This document shows positions 23,137 to 36,913 of a stretch of DNA of 64,000 nt, in pieces. The stretch comes from Utricularia gibba (Eukaryota; Plantae; Magnoliophyta): the NCBI GenBank assembly GCA_002189035.1, contig NEEC01000014.1, positions 2,356,001 through 2,420,000 of the forward strand, read 5' to 3'. The notes under the pieces are model-generated. The model was not told the origin of the DNA and searched no databases. It saw only the letters and a list, made by a program, of their open reading frames with translations. The position numbers and the translations under genes were made by a program. Within the stretch, counting starts at the first letter, position 1. Each line of letters starts with the position of its first letter.

Positions 23137-24601
23137 CTACTGATTCTTCTTCATCTTCAACGATGAGGATGTAATTCGGGGGCGTGATGGCTTTCGATCT
23201 AGTGAGGAAGATCTGATGATGAAGAGAAGTGTCTCGAGCAGCATGGCGGAGACCAAGCCCAAGATGCCTCCAGCAGTGCTCTACAATGAAACATCAACTG
23301 TCTAAATCATGGTTCGAAGTATGCTTTCTGTGCCTGTAGTGTTTTGAGAGTTTTTTTTGTTTTTGCAGAAGATATCTGGTTTCTAGAGAATTACCATGGC
23401 AGCACTGCGGCCAAACAAGGCTCTGAATGCAGCAAATCCCAGTAAATACCCTGTAAACATTGTAACCACGACATGTAGTCCTGTAAAACAATGAGCTCAC
23501 TGATGTAAGTGTACAGTTTAAAACATACCACATGAATCCCCCGGAAAAAGGAAGTGATAGTTTCATTCGTTTATGGACGAGTAAAGGTACAGGGATTCTA
23601 AATGAAATACCGCCGAAAGCAACTAACATTCAACATGCTGATGAGAATGTGCGCAGAAGACCGGGTGAAAACATGCCAAATGGGAAGAGACTAAGTAGAA
23701 ATGAAAAGAGAAAGCCAGCAGCATCGTTCCTCATGACCTTATGTGGGGAAAGGAACAGATGTAAAAACCCACACTAGACATTCATGATTAACAGCTTTGA
23801 AACCATCCAGTGTTAACACTGAAGAATTCAAGAATCCAAATCTGGGATCCCATAGATCCTTTTTTTTCAATCTTCTATTCTAGTTATATCCAATTGGGTG
23901 CAGTATAAATCCCTTCAGTTCAAAATCTCAAGCTCTAAGAGGACGAAATCACTAGCTAAGTAAGGCACCATCAGAAATCTTGCGCAGAAATCACGTCCCA
24001 AAGATCAAATTCCATATCCAAATAAGAAGTATGATGTGGTTACAGAAACAAATGCTTACCAAAGCCCAGTTGATCCTTGTAAGAAGAAAAAGGTTCCTCC
24101 ACACTTTCTTTAGGAGCAATATCCTTTACCAGTTCTTGGTACGCCTTCCTCTCTAGAGCCTCCTCCAGCTTTTTTATCCTAAGCTTCAGCTCCTGACTCT
24201 AAATAACCCAAAACACGAACAAGAACAACAAATTCTGCGAATAAGCCACTAAGCACTAGGAACATCAAGAAATTCTGATATGCAACACGCAAATTTACCT
24301 TTTCCCTAGGCTTAGGCCTAGCAAAGACAAAACTGGAACCAGACAGGACATCTTGTAAATTGGGTCGAGCGCCGCGTTCATATTGAAGCCAGATTTTTCT
24401 CAGGTGCACATATGGGACAGAGGATTCACCAGCAAGGGACGATGACAGCTCCCTGATACTATCACACAGATGGGAATCCGAGGAAGCAGATGTAAGAAAC
24501 TGCCGAATTGCATCCGTGTTAGAAATTACGAGACCCGTGTGGGTAACGCTCAGCCGCGGCCCTTCTCCGGCGGACTCAAATCCCCTGGTCTCCGCCGCCA
24601 T
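23137..24601 (-). CDS. VMA12: V-ATPase assembly factor VMA12/TMEM199-like
   Basis: Exons 24601-24299 and 24198-24060 plus two more. RPKPREKSQELKLRIKKLEEALERKAYQELVKDI...EPFSSYKDQLGFGLHVVVTMFTGYLLGFAAF...MLLETLLFIIR, with two C-terminal TM helices. Confidence 0.85.
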
Positions 24602-25583
24602 CAAAACCGTAATCACGGAGACAATGGATGAAGTCAAGGAAGGCAAAGAATCACTAATGACACACCTGAATTCTGCGATAATCGATGCCCCGGCGATCAG
24701 ATAAAAGGATTAGAGATCCCCGGACAAAGGAGCTGATCTGCTGTGTATATATTTTTTTTAGGAAGCAGGAAAAAGAACATATTTTTAATCCCCCCCTTTT
24801 CACTTCCCCGAGTCTGGAGTAGCGCCCCCTGTTCAAGCAGCCATTGGAGTCCGGAGATGATCTATGCGCTGATACCTTCAATCTGCTTTTGATCAGATGA
24901 TGCTATGACCATTTTCTTAGTAGCACTGCATTCCCCAGAAGTCCAACCGATGTTTACAATCACTAGCATCTCGCCACCAGAAATGCTCCTCACTCAGTAT
25001 TTCAGCCGACTAGGGATCTTCCCATTTACCCTGTTAACAGAACTTCGAAAGGCTGACTTTTTCCATGGAACAAAACTTTTCCCCACCGAATCCGAATACG
25101 ATTGAGTTGTCTGCAATGAGGGACTTCATGCTCCCAGGGGAGATCACTGTGGTGGCTTTGGGGCCTTCATGTTTCTAAATATAATGATGCCGGCAGGCAC
25201 TGCAGTTAGATCCGTTGTTCAGACAAACCACCAACCAAGGCTGATGGTCCTGAAACTGGCTCGTGGGACGGAGGCAGTTCAAATTTGAAGACGACATTGT
25301 GCTGCAACTGTTAGTTTATTCAACCAAACGTGATGTAGTGACAAACTTACATGAGAACTTTAAGACACGTTTGTCCGATCGCCGCCGCTATCAGCATGCG
25401 TGCCACAAAGCTCTTTGAAACCCATCAATGATCCCTCTTGCGTTTTCAGTTCATTCCTTACAACCATCAGATGATTGGAACGAAGAAGATCTGCATGCTT
25501 GCGGTACGAGTACAGACACAGGCTCCCAAAACAGCATAGCTATTATTGAACAAACACGCCCACGTCTTAAGGAGACACCCACA

Positions 25584-27664
25584 CTACGCTTTTGGTTTCC
25601 ATTCACCAACAAAGTTTCCACTTGTATCCCAAGGACGAGTGTCGAATGATTTTCCGATCATGCTGCGCTTCTGGTCTATCATCCCATCCTCACGTTTGTA
25701 CTCCGGAAAGTAGTCCGTGAACGTCCTGCTTCCCATGTCATCCACTCCGTTGAACAGGAAGCTTCGAATGATCTCCTACGTATCATAAAATTACACAAGT
25801 GTCAATCAAGTTCAAAGCACTGGACAGTGTTCCTGCTTGCTTAGTAGTTGAACCACACCTTAGAATGAGTTTCACCAACTAATCTTCTCAGGAGTTGACA
25901 CCCTGGATCCTAACAATCACAGCATCCGAAAACGGTTAGTCGCCTGCAAGATATTAGCTGCATTGACAAAATATAGCATGCTTGAAGGCAAAGAAAAATC
26001 AGCTTCTGATGTCAAAGTGAAGCTAACCAGAAGGGGACACCAGGAATGGTGAACTTACTTTTTCAGCTCTCCACAAAAGATACCGATGTTGTGCTTCAAG
26101 ATTATATGAAACCTGAGAAATATCTGTGTCCTCCAACACCTGGTCCATTAGCTTAAGCCAGGCCTTGAAGAAGGAAGAACACAAACTAATGAGAATCAAA
26201 GAACACCATATCCGGGAAAAGGTCACAGTTTCATTTACTTCAAATGATGTGGAAGAAAAATTCGAGGGTCCTCGAGAAAATTTGCATACACTAAAACTGG
26301 TCATCGTTGTATCATCATATGATTCTACTCCATACCTCGAGATAATCTTTGAAAGCGGAATATAATGCATGATGCTTCTCTGAGCTTGGAGCAAACCTTG
26401 ACCAAAGGACGATTGGTGAAAAGAAGTTCATAGACTCGGCGGTAATTTTTCCTCCCCATGGAAAAAGCTGCATGAAATCTGTGTTAAATCAGCATACCTG
26501 TTCAGAATACTGGGCAAAAAACTGCAAAGGAAGCTCTGAAATGCAACGCTCGTGCCTAAAATGATAGAATCCTGCCAACCTCAGAATACTCAACCCCCAG
26601 AGGAATCAAATGCTTGTAGTACTTATCCTTGTAATCTTGTCGAACGATGACATCATGTAAAGGGTTGAGGTCCCTGAAATCTACAAAACTTCATTTCACA
26701 GAAAAAGGATATGGGTAACAAGTAATCCAGTAATTCATTCAAATAAACTTACAGTACAACTATATTCACTGAACTTGTGGTGAAAAAGTTGGCACAAAAG
26801 ATTGGAAGATCAAACGCAGCCCTGGGAAATATAGCCAAATCCAAAACCTGCATTTAAGGAGTAGTGATCAAGATTCAAGTTCATCAGCAGAGCCACTTGG
26901 ATACTTGAAATATTGACTTTGTTCACTGAGCTAGGCGGTCAGTGATAACATCTTCCCTGAGTTGAAATTAGAGAGAAAACCACAGGATCTGATAGAAGTC
27001 AACCGCCAAAAGCTGACACTAAAAACAAGAAATACTTCTCCTCATAGGATATGCTCTGCATTTTCATACGTTTCTTATACTTTCATTGCATTAAATCAAT
27101 TCATGGAACCAAAATGTTTCTTATACGTTGCATCCATTGTTATTCTCCAATTGCATACGAACAAACCTGCATTTCATTGCCCCCGTCAATGGACAGACTC
27201 CGTAAAAGTCTAATCTTTGGAGATTCAAACGCTAGCATCTGAAGTTCCGTTTCACCGTCTCTGGAACCCAAACGACCAAATTTCTCCTTGATAAATCAAA
27301 AAGCAGGTTAGAAACCCTGCAATGAAAACTAGCAAGAAATTATATTTTTAAAGAACGAAATCCCCAGCAGCTTCGGATTTTTGTCAACTACTGGGAATAT
27401 AATGCCTCGAAATACCTGCAAAGGAGAAGGCGTCAAATGGGTTCGCTTTCCAGTTTCTTCTAAAGCATACTGAACAAACGTGTCGTAGGAAAGAACAGGG
27501 GCTGATGTTCCTCCAGCCCTGGCGAGCGCAATTCTGAAGAACCCTCTGCCCCATGTGGACACCCCATTGGAGTGAACTTGCTGTGGCAATTTCTGCGGTT
27601 TTGAGAAATTGAAGTTCCCGAGGGACGGAAAACAGCATCTACAGCACCCCACTTCCATTTTCAT
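25584..27664 (-). CDS. HY2: Phytochromobilin:ferredoxin oxidoreductase (phytochromobilin synthase), plastid
   Basis: Eight exons: transit peptide, then ALEET, ETELQMLAFESPKIRLLRS, DLPIFCANFFT, LDLNPLH, FPWGGKITAESMNFFSP, EAQHRYLLWRAEKDPG, FLFNGVDDMGSRTFTDYFPEY and SFDTRPWD. Confidence 0.95.
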
Positions 27665-28516
27665 CGGTACAACACAACCAGTCCTGCTCTGCAACCAATC
27701 GCCAAGAGCTACTTGAACTCCACAGCAAGCTGCTTTCAAACTAAAGACTTCAGCTTGCACCCTTTATTTTGACTTCTGGAGACTCAAACGTAGTTTATCA
27801 CATCATTTTTATTTCCCTTTATGCTTTCAAGGACCAGCCGGGGGTTCTGTTTTGCGTGTGGTAAATTTTTGATGATAAAAAAGCTACCAGATATGAAATC
27901 AGTGAGAAAAAAGGGTTTTTTTTTTTACTGACAAAAAACTTCAGACTACTTCAGAGACAAGTTCACCGTATGGTAAGCAAGAGTTATTGCTGCTAGCCTC
28001 CTGCTGCTGCTATATGCTATTTTTCTAGCATCACATACTCTGGGGGATTCCCCTTGGCTGGTACTGCGGTTTTAGCTATACACACGGAGGCTGGTCCTAG
28101 CTTCAAACTCCCTGCATTTTTCTGAAACAAGGGGATACACACAGTGAACGACTGTGATCAAAATGAGATGTTTGGTCATTCCTCTAGCAGCTGATGGTGA
28201 GATCTTTTTGAAATATGGCCGTCAACCACTAACATGGCACAAGAACAGGATGCAACATGCGCTTGCAAAGTAAATGCATTGCCTCTAGCTATGAACAACA
28301 GACTCCGTTTAAACAGCTCGAAATCCATGGGGAAAGCAAAAGGATTCATTAGCATTCACCCCACATGATAACAAATCTGCAAACTATGCATTTGAAGTAT
28401 TTTACAGGGCTTGTTCGGGAGGCTAGATTTACTTCCGCAGATTCCTTGGAATCTATAAAGCTTCTCTCAAACAAGCAACACACAAATTTTGATGAGTCTG
28501 CAGCTTGCATTCTGGC

Positions 28517-30973
28517 CTAACGAACAAGTTGTATTTCACGAATTTGTATCAAATAACATGTATTACACTGTTGAAAGGAGAAGTATGAGCTGAAAAGTCA
28601 CACTCCCGACAAAAGAACTAAATCTTCAACAAAAATAAAAAAAACTTCTATACAAAAATAGCTTACCACTGAGGAAACGAGTCAGTGTAGGAGTCATGCT
28701 GGTGTTCGGTGTTAGAAGAGAATTCAGAACGTCCAGGCAATGCTTGGACATCATCAAAATCTGCAGTGAGAAAAAAAAATTCTTTTCCTCTTTAAAGTCA
28801 TCAAAAAACTAAAAACAAGATCACAAAAGCAATGACGTTTTCAAATACTTACCTTGAGAGGCTTTGCAACAGACGGCTTCAGAGGAGGCAGTAGAGTTTA
28901 ATCCCATCAGAAAATCATTCCATCTTGTAGAGCTAGGTGAGACGCTTGCAGTAAAACTTGAGGGAAAATCAAAATCATGATTCTGATCTGGCCAGTCAAA
29001 GATTTGCATATTCATCATCCTGTGGCCTTGAAATTCTATCTCATTTTGTGAATCCACCTGACCCTCAAACTGTGTACGTAACATCTTCTCTTGAGCATTT
29101 AGCATTCTTGGTCCTGACAGGAAAACAGAAAAGAAATTAAGATATTCAAAGTAAACTACTTTTCTTTCATTCTAACCATGAACGTTGAGACCTGAGAGCT
29201 AGAATTTTCAGTATCCACTAACAAGGTCGATAGCACGGTGTGGGTGGACTCCTACCAAAAAAATGTAAAGGACAAACAGGTCTATGCTCACCAAAAGGGA
29301 TGTCAAGTTGGTCAATTGAATCATTTGCAGAGGAGGTCACACCCCTTTCCATTTGTTGATGCAATTGTTTCCTATATAGGAAACCTGTTAGGTGATGTTG
29401 CTGAACTAAAAAAAAAAGCTACCAACAAAGAATAAATGAACATACTTCTCAAGAAATTTTCCTTTCTCCTTGTATGGCTTGACCAGAACACGTGCATCAC
29501 GGATGAAATGAGGATTCCCTTTCGCCAATATGGTTTGTACCGTCTCTGGGTCAACAAAAGTAACAAAGCCAAACATTCGCTTTTGCTGATATGGAATCCT
29601 AACACCTTGCACCGGTCCAAATGTGCTACAATAGACAAGCAACGAGAATCAACCGTGAAGGCACACTAGTTTTTCAAAATCAGGAACAAAAGAAATGCTC
29701 CCAAATTCTAATCACTTACCTAAAGTAACTTGCTACATCCTCTTCCTTAAATATACTATCAGGAGGGAATGTCAAGTAAATTTGTCTGGAACTTGAAATT
29801 GTTCCAGTAGGGAGTCCCGTAGATGATAAATCTCCCCTAGAAATGAAAAACGATCTACAAGATGAGTAGTATTTCACATCCAGCGCACCAAATGTTGTAA
29901 TAAAAACAATATTCCATTTCATTATTCAACATTTGATCCAACATTCAGGCTTCCATGGATCAGCCTACCATATTTTTGGACAACAATCAGTGCATCTTTG
30001 CAACAAAATGAACCAAGCAGAAAATAATGATTCTAAAACAAATCAAACGAGCAAGAAGTGCAAACGCTATATCACATAAGAATATCGATTAAGCTAAACC
30101 CCGGTAGCTGCATCACGTATAAACTTGACCAAAGAAAGTATACGTTCTTAATCCCACATTCCCGGATCAATACCTTTGGTCCTCATACAGAAAGTTATTA
30201 CGCTTGTATGGTAAACGATGGAGGCCTCCAGAAGACAAGAATGCAGACCTCTGTTGCTGCTGTAAAAGCTTGATCCTCAAAAGTTCATCAAACCCAGAAG
30301 AATCAACGACTGGTGAACCCACCATCTCATGCCTTTCACCATTTCCGTTTTCAGCGTTGGAAAACCTGCAAGAATCAAATTCTGGCACTCATCGCTAGAG
30401 AAAAGCATGTAAGATATCCATAGGAGTTGCAGCACAAGAAGTGAAAGAAGAAACAGTAACAAAATCACACCCGTGTAACAACTGTGAGTAGGGAAAAACC
30501 AGAGAATCATGTCCACCACTTGGGCTAGCAATTGAATCCAACACAAAGTCAGATGATTGTGACTCATGGGAAACAGCAGCTCCAGCCAATATTTCCTCGG
30601 CATAGTCATTCCCTGTAACGTTAGAACCATTTACAACCTCGGCATACGAGATGGGCCTTGACCCCTTCCTTGAGAACGAATCCGACAGGCTGTTGAAATG
30701 CGACAGATTCAGCACTCTCGGTGAAGTTCGCTGCAATATAGTGCTTGAGAGTGGGGTTGGAGCTTCTGAGCAAGTGGAGCTGGAAATCCCCAGAAAGGCC
30801 TTAGCTTGGTTTATGCAAGTCTTCAAAAGCGATTCCGGCGCAAAGGCCAATCTTATCACCTCCTTCTCTCCTTGCCCTTGCAGCAGAATATGGCCGACAA
30901 TTTTTGAAGCGTTTTCTGGATCCAAGTCTCTTATTCTCGACATCACTACCTTCGTAGCTTCACATGCATCCAT
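28517..30973 (-). CDS. RRM-containing protein of the zinc-finger CCCH 53/55 family, apparently lacking the CCCH finger; 3' end uncertain
   Basis: [27 protein letters not shown]...IRLAFAPE N-terminus and [15 protein letters not shown]...[23 protein letters not shown]...[21 protein letters not shown]. The last exon and stop codon are a best guess. Confidence 0.8.
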
Positions 30974-31504
30974 AGTCTGTTTCCTCCTCAATCCCACCTC
31001 CGTCTCCAACTAAAAATGCAAAACCCAGCACACCCTTCACTCTAAATGCTCGTCCTTTTTCCGACCCACATGAAAAAAAAAAAAATTATTTTTTCCCAAA
31101 AACAGAAGCCAGAAACTCACTGGGTATGTTCAAATGTGATGAAGACAGTGACCCAGAGTTCCAACCAAAAGATTTAAACCAAAGTGGGAACTGGGAACAC
31201 ACTACAGTAACCAACCAGTGTGATTACATTAAACTAGGCATCGCTCGCTCTAAACACCTAATATTAATTACTTGAGACAAAAAGAGAAGGCGAGAGAGAG
31301 AGAGACGGCGGGAGTATCCAGTTGCGGACAACTCCCGTTAGTTCACCAGCACCACCACCCCGCGGCGGAGGAAAACTGGGGCGGCCCCATTTTTGAAACT
31401 GCTTCCTCCTATCCAAACTCTCGTCTATCCGGTGTGTCCTGCTGCTGCTGCATTCCGCATTTTTAAATGTGAACCCTATAAGGAAGCAGGCTGAGCTGCT
31501 CGGT

Positions 31505-31518
31505 TTTAGGGTTTAGGG
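31505..31518 (+). promoter_or_regulatory. Tandem telo-box (TTTAGGG)2
   Basis: Two adjacent plant telomeric heptamers upstream of the C3H53-family gene. Confidence 0.55.
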
Positions 31519-32451
31519 TTTTTATCCATAAGCTAAGCTTGGTCATGAATTCAGCAATTACGTAGTCAATAAGAGAGACAAAAAAAGAACAATTACTTTT
31601 CAAATACGAGCGCAGTGGACCACCGGATTCAATTTTTGTTTCAAGAGAAAGAAAACCTTGGAGGCTACTTGTCCATTTGTCTTGTCGTACCACTTTTTCT
31701 TCCCCCAATTTCAATTTAATCACAACAATTGCATTTATGGAAATGCTACCCAAAATATTAAATACATATGCCATACCAAAATAGTTTGTTCCTCCATTTA
31801 AAATAAAATTAAAAAAAAATTTGATAATTGAATTCACTGTTGCACAAAGAAGTATTTATGACATTTTAATAATATATATTAGAAAAGTGATCATCTTTAA
31901 CTATGCGTATGATAAAAATGATCATCCTCAATAAAAAATTTTTTTATGTGAATGTACGTGATAATGAGAAAGGGTAATCAAATTTGCAAATGGTTCGATT
32001 TTAAATAAAGTTAAGAATGATATAGTTTTATTTAAAGATGGATATTTGGTTTTAATTAAATTGTACTTTAAAAAAGCTCTTTTTAACTACCAAACAACAC
32101 ATTACATCATCATTTCCAATTATCTAATTAAATTTTTAAAATTACATTATCTATTTAAAATATAAATATTTTATAAAATATTCACTTTATAAAATATGTC
32201 GTGTGTGTGGATTTAATACATTGGATGATGTAGTTATTACACACTTATTATATTGTTTTGAAATTGCTCGATGTCCCTTTGTCTTGCTATAATTTGCGAA
32301 GAATGCCTTTTGGGTAGATCTGGGCTTGGGCTCGCTGCACAGTCAAACTTGTTTGGGAAAACTTTTGTCGGCCCAAAAATGTCAACAAGCATATGATTAC
32401 AAGCACGGCGGCTTGGGATAGAAGAAGGAAGACGGCTCTGTGAGTGTGAGA

Positions 32452-34187
32452 ATGGCAAAGACTGTGTGCGTCACCGGAGGATCGGGATATATTGCGTCAT
32501 GGCTCGTCAAATTCTTGCTTCAACGGGGCTACGTTGTCAAGGCGTCTGTCCGTGATCCCAGTTAGTAGCGAGCCTCCCTTTCCTTAGACATCGATTTATT
32601 TTTTTCTCATTAACAGCTGTTTTCGTCTGTTTGTTCATGCCATTTCGTTGTGTGTTTGTGGCTTCGCCGTAAATTCTGTTTCTGTAAGTTGGTGTGGGGT
32701 GCAAATATTGTACTTTGAAGCGTGGCACCGGAAGACAGTTTGTGGGAGGGGAGTGAAGGATGCCACGATGATTGTTGTAGTTTGATGTCTCTTCTTTAAA
32801 TTTTGCAGATGATCCTAAGAAAACTGAACATTTGACGTCGCTGGATGGAGCTAAGGAGAGACTTCACTTGTTGAAAGCGAATCTACTGGAAGAAGGATCC
32901 TTTGACTCGATAGTAGAAGGCTGTGAGGGTGTTTTCCATACCGCTTCTCCGTTCTTTCATGGTGCCGCCGATCCACAGGTCTTTCTCATTTGTTCTTGCT
33001 CATAAAAATTGCTGCGAAAGTAATATTGATGCTGATTCTGTGACACTGAACTGCTAAAAGTTGTTTTCGTTATGCTTTTTTATTGCCACTTCATCTATGC
33101 TGCTTCAGTTGGACTTGATCTCTAATGCGATTTCTGGACATCCTGGAATTTTTCTGGCATTTTTCAGGCTGAATTGATTGATCCTGCACTCAAGGGGACT
33201 CTTAATGTTCTTGCATCATGTGCAAAAGTGCCCTCTGTCAAAAGGGTTGTGTTGACGTCCTCTGTAGCTGCTGTGGCTTACAATGAAAAGCCTCGAACAC
33301 CTGATGTTGTAGTGGATGAAACTTGGTGGTCTAATGCGGAATTTTGCAGGCAACAGCAGGTTGATGCCTCTTTTAATGTGTTGAAATACCATTCGTTTTT
33401 TTTTTCCCTTGCCCCTAATCTGCTATTTTCGATTATTCATCTGTCAGCAATGGTACATTCTTTCAAAGACACTTGCTGAAGAAGCTGCGTGGAAGTTTGC
33501 TAAGGAAAAAAACATTGACCTGGTTACTATAAACCCTGCTATGGTCATCGGCCCAATGTTGCAGCCATCTCTAAACACAAGTTCTGCTGTAATTTTGAAC
33601 TTGATCAGTAAGTATTCCAGAGTTCTTGGTTCAGGCTACTGAAATCCACTCTTCATGCATATTTTTTATTTGAGCAATCTGTTCCCTCTAAACGTGCAAT
33701 ATGAAAATTGTGATTTGCCCTGATCTTTGTTTGCATAACCAGGCGCTGAAACATTCCCAAATTCCACTTTTGGGTGGGTGGATGTTAAGGACGTTGCAAA
33801 TGCTCATATTCTTGCATTCGAGAATCCGTCTGCCAATGGAAGATACTGCTTAGTGGATAGGGTTGCTCACATGTCTGAAATCGTGAAAATATTATCTGAT
33901 AACTATCCTTCTCTCAAACTTCCTGACAAGTGAGCTTCTTCAATTCATTCTTCCAGATCCATATACAGCTGGCTATATAGTGCCACTGGCTTTCTATGTT
34001 TGTGTTCATATTCAATGTGTTTATGGGAAATGCCTTGGACAGGTCTGCCGACGGTGACAAGCCTTTTGTGCCAAAGTATCAGGTTTCAAAGGAAAGGGCT
34101 TCATCCCTCGGAGTAGAATTCACCCCCCTGGAGCAAGGAATCAAGGAAACCGTTGACAGCCTCAAGGAGAAGAACTTCCTCAACTGA
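32452..34187 (+). CDS. Cinnamoyl-CoA reductase-like SDR (phenylacetaldehyde reductase/CAD1-like)
   Basis: [17 protein letters not shown] (NADP-binding), [25 protein letters not shown], catalytic WYILSK (not the NWYCYGK of true CCR), [13 protein letters not shown]. Six exons. Confidence 0.92.
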
Positions 34188-34693
34188 AATACTTCAGTTA
34201 CTCCTCTTCTTCAACTTGCAGGTGCACTCCTTGAAGCTCTTTCCTGTTGCTACCGAATCCTAAATGTAATTGTGGATGTCAAAGTGAGTGAGTGTTGCCC
34301 ATGACATGAGAACTCTTTAAGATGGTGTACTGTATGTTTGCTTGTCCACGCGAGCTACCCTGTGGATCCTCCACTTGCACTCAATCCATTTGAAATCAGG
34401 AGGTGGAAGTGAGGGCATGGTATCATTTATGTTGTGTATTCAATAGTTTAATGAATAATATGTATGACATTGAATGCATAAAAAATAAAATTATTGAGTC
34501 AGGAATGAAGCACATGAAAGCTAGATTTTTTCTAGGGTGGTGACATATTCCATCTTACCTCCCTGTACCGAGTGAAAAATTACAGGAGATTAGCTTCGTT
34601 TTTGTGGATGTATGATCTCTTCAGTGAAGAAGAATAAAAAGAAGAAGAAACAGAGAAGCTTCTACGCTTGTAGTAGTTATTTCTTCATGGCCG

Positions 34694-35817
34694 TCAGGTG
34701 ACCGTCGCCGTCGGCTCAGGCGGACTCGGATCCTTAGTACCCGCTGCTTCTTGAATGCTTTTAAAATGGAGTTGGAAGCTGCTCATGTTGGCTTTCCCTG
34801 GTGGGCTTAAGAAGCTGCTTAAACTCACGGTATCCGCACCAAAATTCAAATCCGATGGAGTGCTGTAGCCATTCCCCATCAGAAACACGGCATCCGCTTG
34901 CAGCTGCTGCTGCTGTTTTTCGTAGTTGCAGAAATTGGACAAATCGTACTCGGTCTCCGGATCCACCCAGGTGGCGTAATTATCAGGCATGCAATCTGAA
35001 GCACCGCGCCCACCTTCCACGGCGGCGGCGGGGGCGGGGGCGGACATATCGGATTTGCAGGCCTCAGGGTGCTGGTTCACGCCTTCCTCTTCCTCCTCAT
35101 CCCTCTTCTTCCTTTTCTTCTCCTTTTTCTCATATATTTTGCACAAGACGTAATCATCAAGCTGCAACAACATCCACGTAGAAATATACATGCATATCGA
35201 TAAACCCATCTGAGAATCTAATACTCTAAAAAAAAAACCCCCATGTCTCACCACCATGTCGTCGGGGCTGAGCCGCTTCCTCGGCGGCGCATTGGCCCTG
35301 AACTCATGCATGATCCAATCTGTCTTCCTGTCGTTCCCTGTATAGAAAACCAAAGCCTTTCTATATCCGATCACGGTTTTCTCCCCGCTGTTCTCATCTT
35401 CGACTGTAACATCCTTATCCGCTCCGGTTGCCTTCCAGTATCCCTCCCCGGCGGCGCGCGATGGCCGGACCCCATTCTTGTACTTGCGGCCACGCGGCGT
35501 GTAGAAGTACCATTCGTCATCCCCCAACTTATGATACTTTCCTGAACACAATACAAAACAACAATACACTCGATAAAGTTAAGGTCTCCGGACAGAACAC
35601 CAACCCCGCGTCAACAGAAAAAACCTGCAAGGTCTTCGGGACGGTGATGGTAGATGTTTACAACGCTTATATCTGGATGATTTACAGGAGGAATTGCCGC
35701 CGCCTCTTCCCCTATCTTCTCTGATAACAACTCGATGAGCTCGACGTCGGTGGGCACGAATCTGTACCCCTTCTTGTACCCCATATCCAAACATGGCTTC
35801 CTCTCTTTCAATGTCAT
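34694..35817 (-). CDS. NAC domain transcription factor (divergent, ATAF/NAP-like); start at 35817 or 35784
   Basis: GYRFVPTDVELI, EWYFYTPRGRKYKNGVRPSRAAGEGYWKATGADK, GYRKALVFY, WIMHEF and LDDYVLCKIY. Three exons. Confidence 0.9.
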
Positions 35818-36500
35818 TGGTGAGCTTTCTTTGTGATAATACAAACCCTAGAATAAGTAATATATATCACATTTATTGAAATATATCCATATTGGATCAT
35901 ATTTTAGATATTATAGTCTAAATAATATATCCGTAGTTAGGATAAAGATTTAATTAAAATCAAATATCATATTCTAAATTTTATTAATTAATGAAAATAG
36001 TTTTTAGATAATTATGTATAAATATTAACAAGTTAGTTTGATGTAAAGAATCTATTCAATTTATTTAAATGAAAAAATAAAATAAAAGATAAATCAAATC
36101 AGACTATCATATTTTTCTATCTTGCCCATTAAATCAATCAATTTTTCACACCCCAATACTACATCCTCATTCGGTCATTTATAACTCCAAATATTTTAAA
36201 TTTTTTTGAGTATTAAATAAAAAATAGTCTCTTTTTTTTTGTGGCTCCGGTCATCATCTTATTCCGGCGGTGGATATGATTATCGCGGCGCCGTCAATTT
36301 CCATTCAAAGGGATCATGAATCGGGTCGTTGGCGGTGTTATTTCCTGGACCGGCTTCGGCTCCCTCGTCAAAACCAGTTTCATCTGCCGCCCTGCAAATT
36401 ATTAAAAATAATTATAAATGCCGTACCAATTAGGCGCCTTCATTTACTCTTTTGGCCCCCAGTCGCACCCCTCTGACAAAGGTCAGGCATCCATTCCCTT

Positions 36501-36512
36501 CTCCACGTGGAG
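36501..36512. promoter_or_regulatory. Palindromic G-box in the AGP promoter
   Basis: CTCCACGTGGAG is a perfect 12-bp palindrome. A TATA-like cctataaaa lies near 36805. Confidence 0.45.
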
Positions 36513-36913
36513 GTTTCTTTCACCCTACAGAGTGACCGGCTCAACGGTTGTCTCACCTTCTGTAGCCGGTGACCGGGGGAGCTTACCCTTTTAATTGGAA
36601 AAAAATAGCTTGGAATAACGATGCAAACTGACTGTTGGTTTTATAATTTATAAATTTAAAAGTATTTAAGAGTGAATTTAATCTGTTTTTTTCTTTTTTT
36701 TGTGTGCATAAAGTTAAATAAAAACTATTTTGTTTTCTTTTTTGTTTTGGGGTGAATTTGACTCTCCAACGGTCATGAGTATGGGGATTGGGCGCAGTTT
36801 TCTCCTATAAAACCCTTACCTTCAGACCATGCTCTTCTTCATCCGACAACAAACAGATTATTTTCCCGACGACTAGCGCCACCGTGAATTAGCTTTTCCT
36901 CTGAGTCTACGAG

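Noticed and set aside
26498-26521. In-frame 24-nt pseudo-exon (FFAQYSEQ) with good splice sites inside a HY2 intron
   Set aside because: The flanking introns would be only 58 and 30 nt, too short for inclusion. Using the acceptor alone gives an immediate stop.
31880-31950. Short similarity to the Mutator-like MITE TIR (atgatcatcctcaa)
   Set aside because: The match is about 14 bp in AT-rich DNA, with no partner TIR or TSD.
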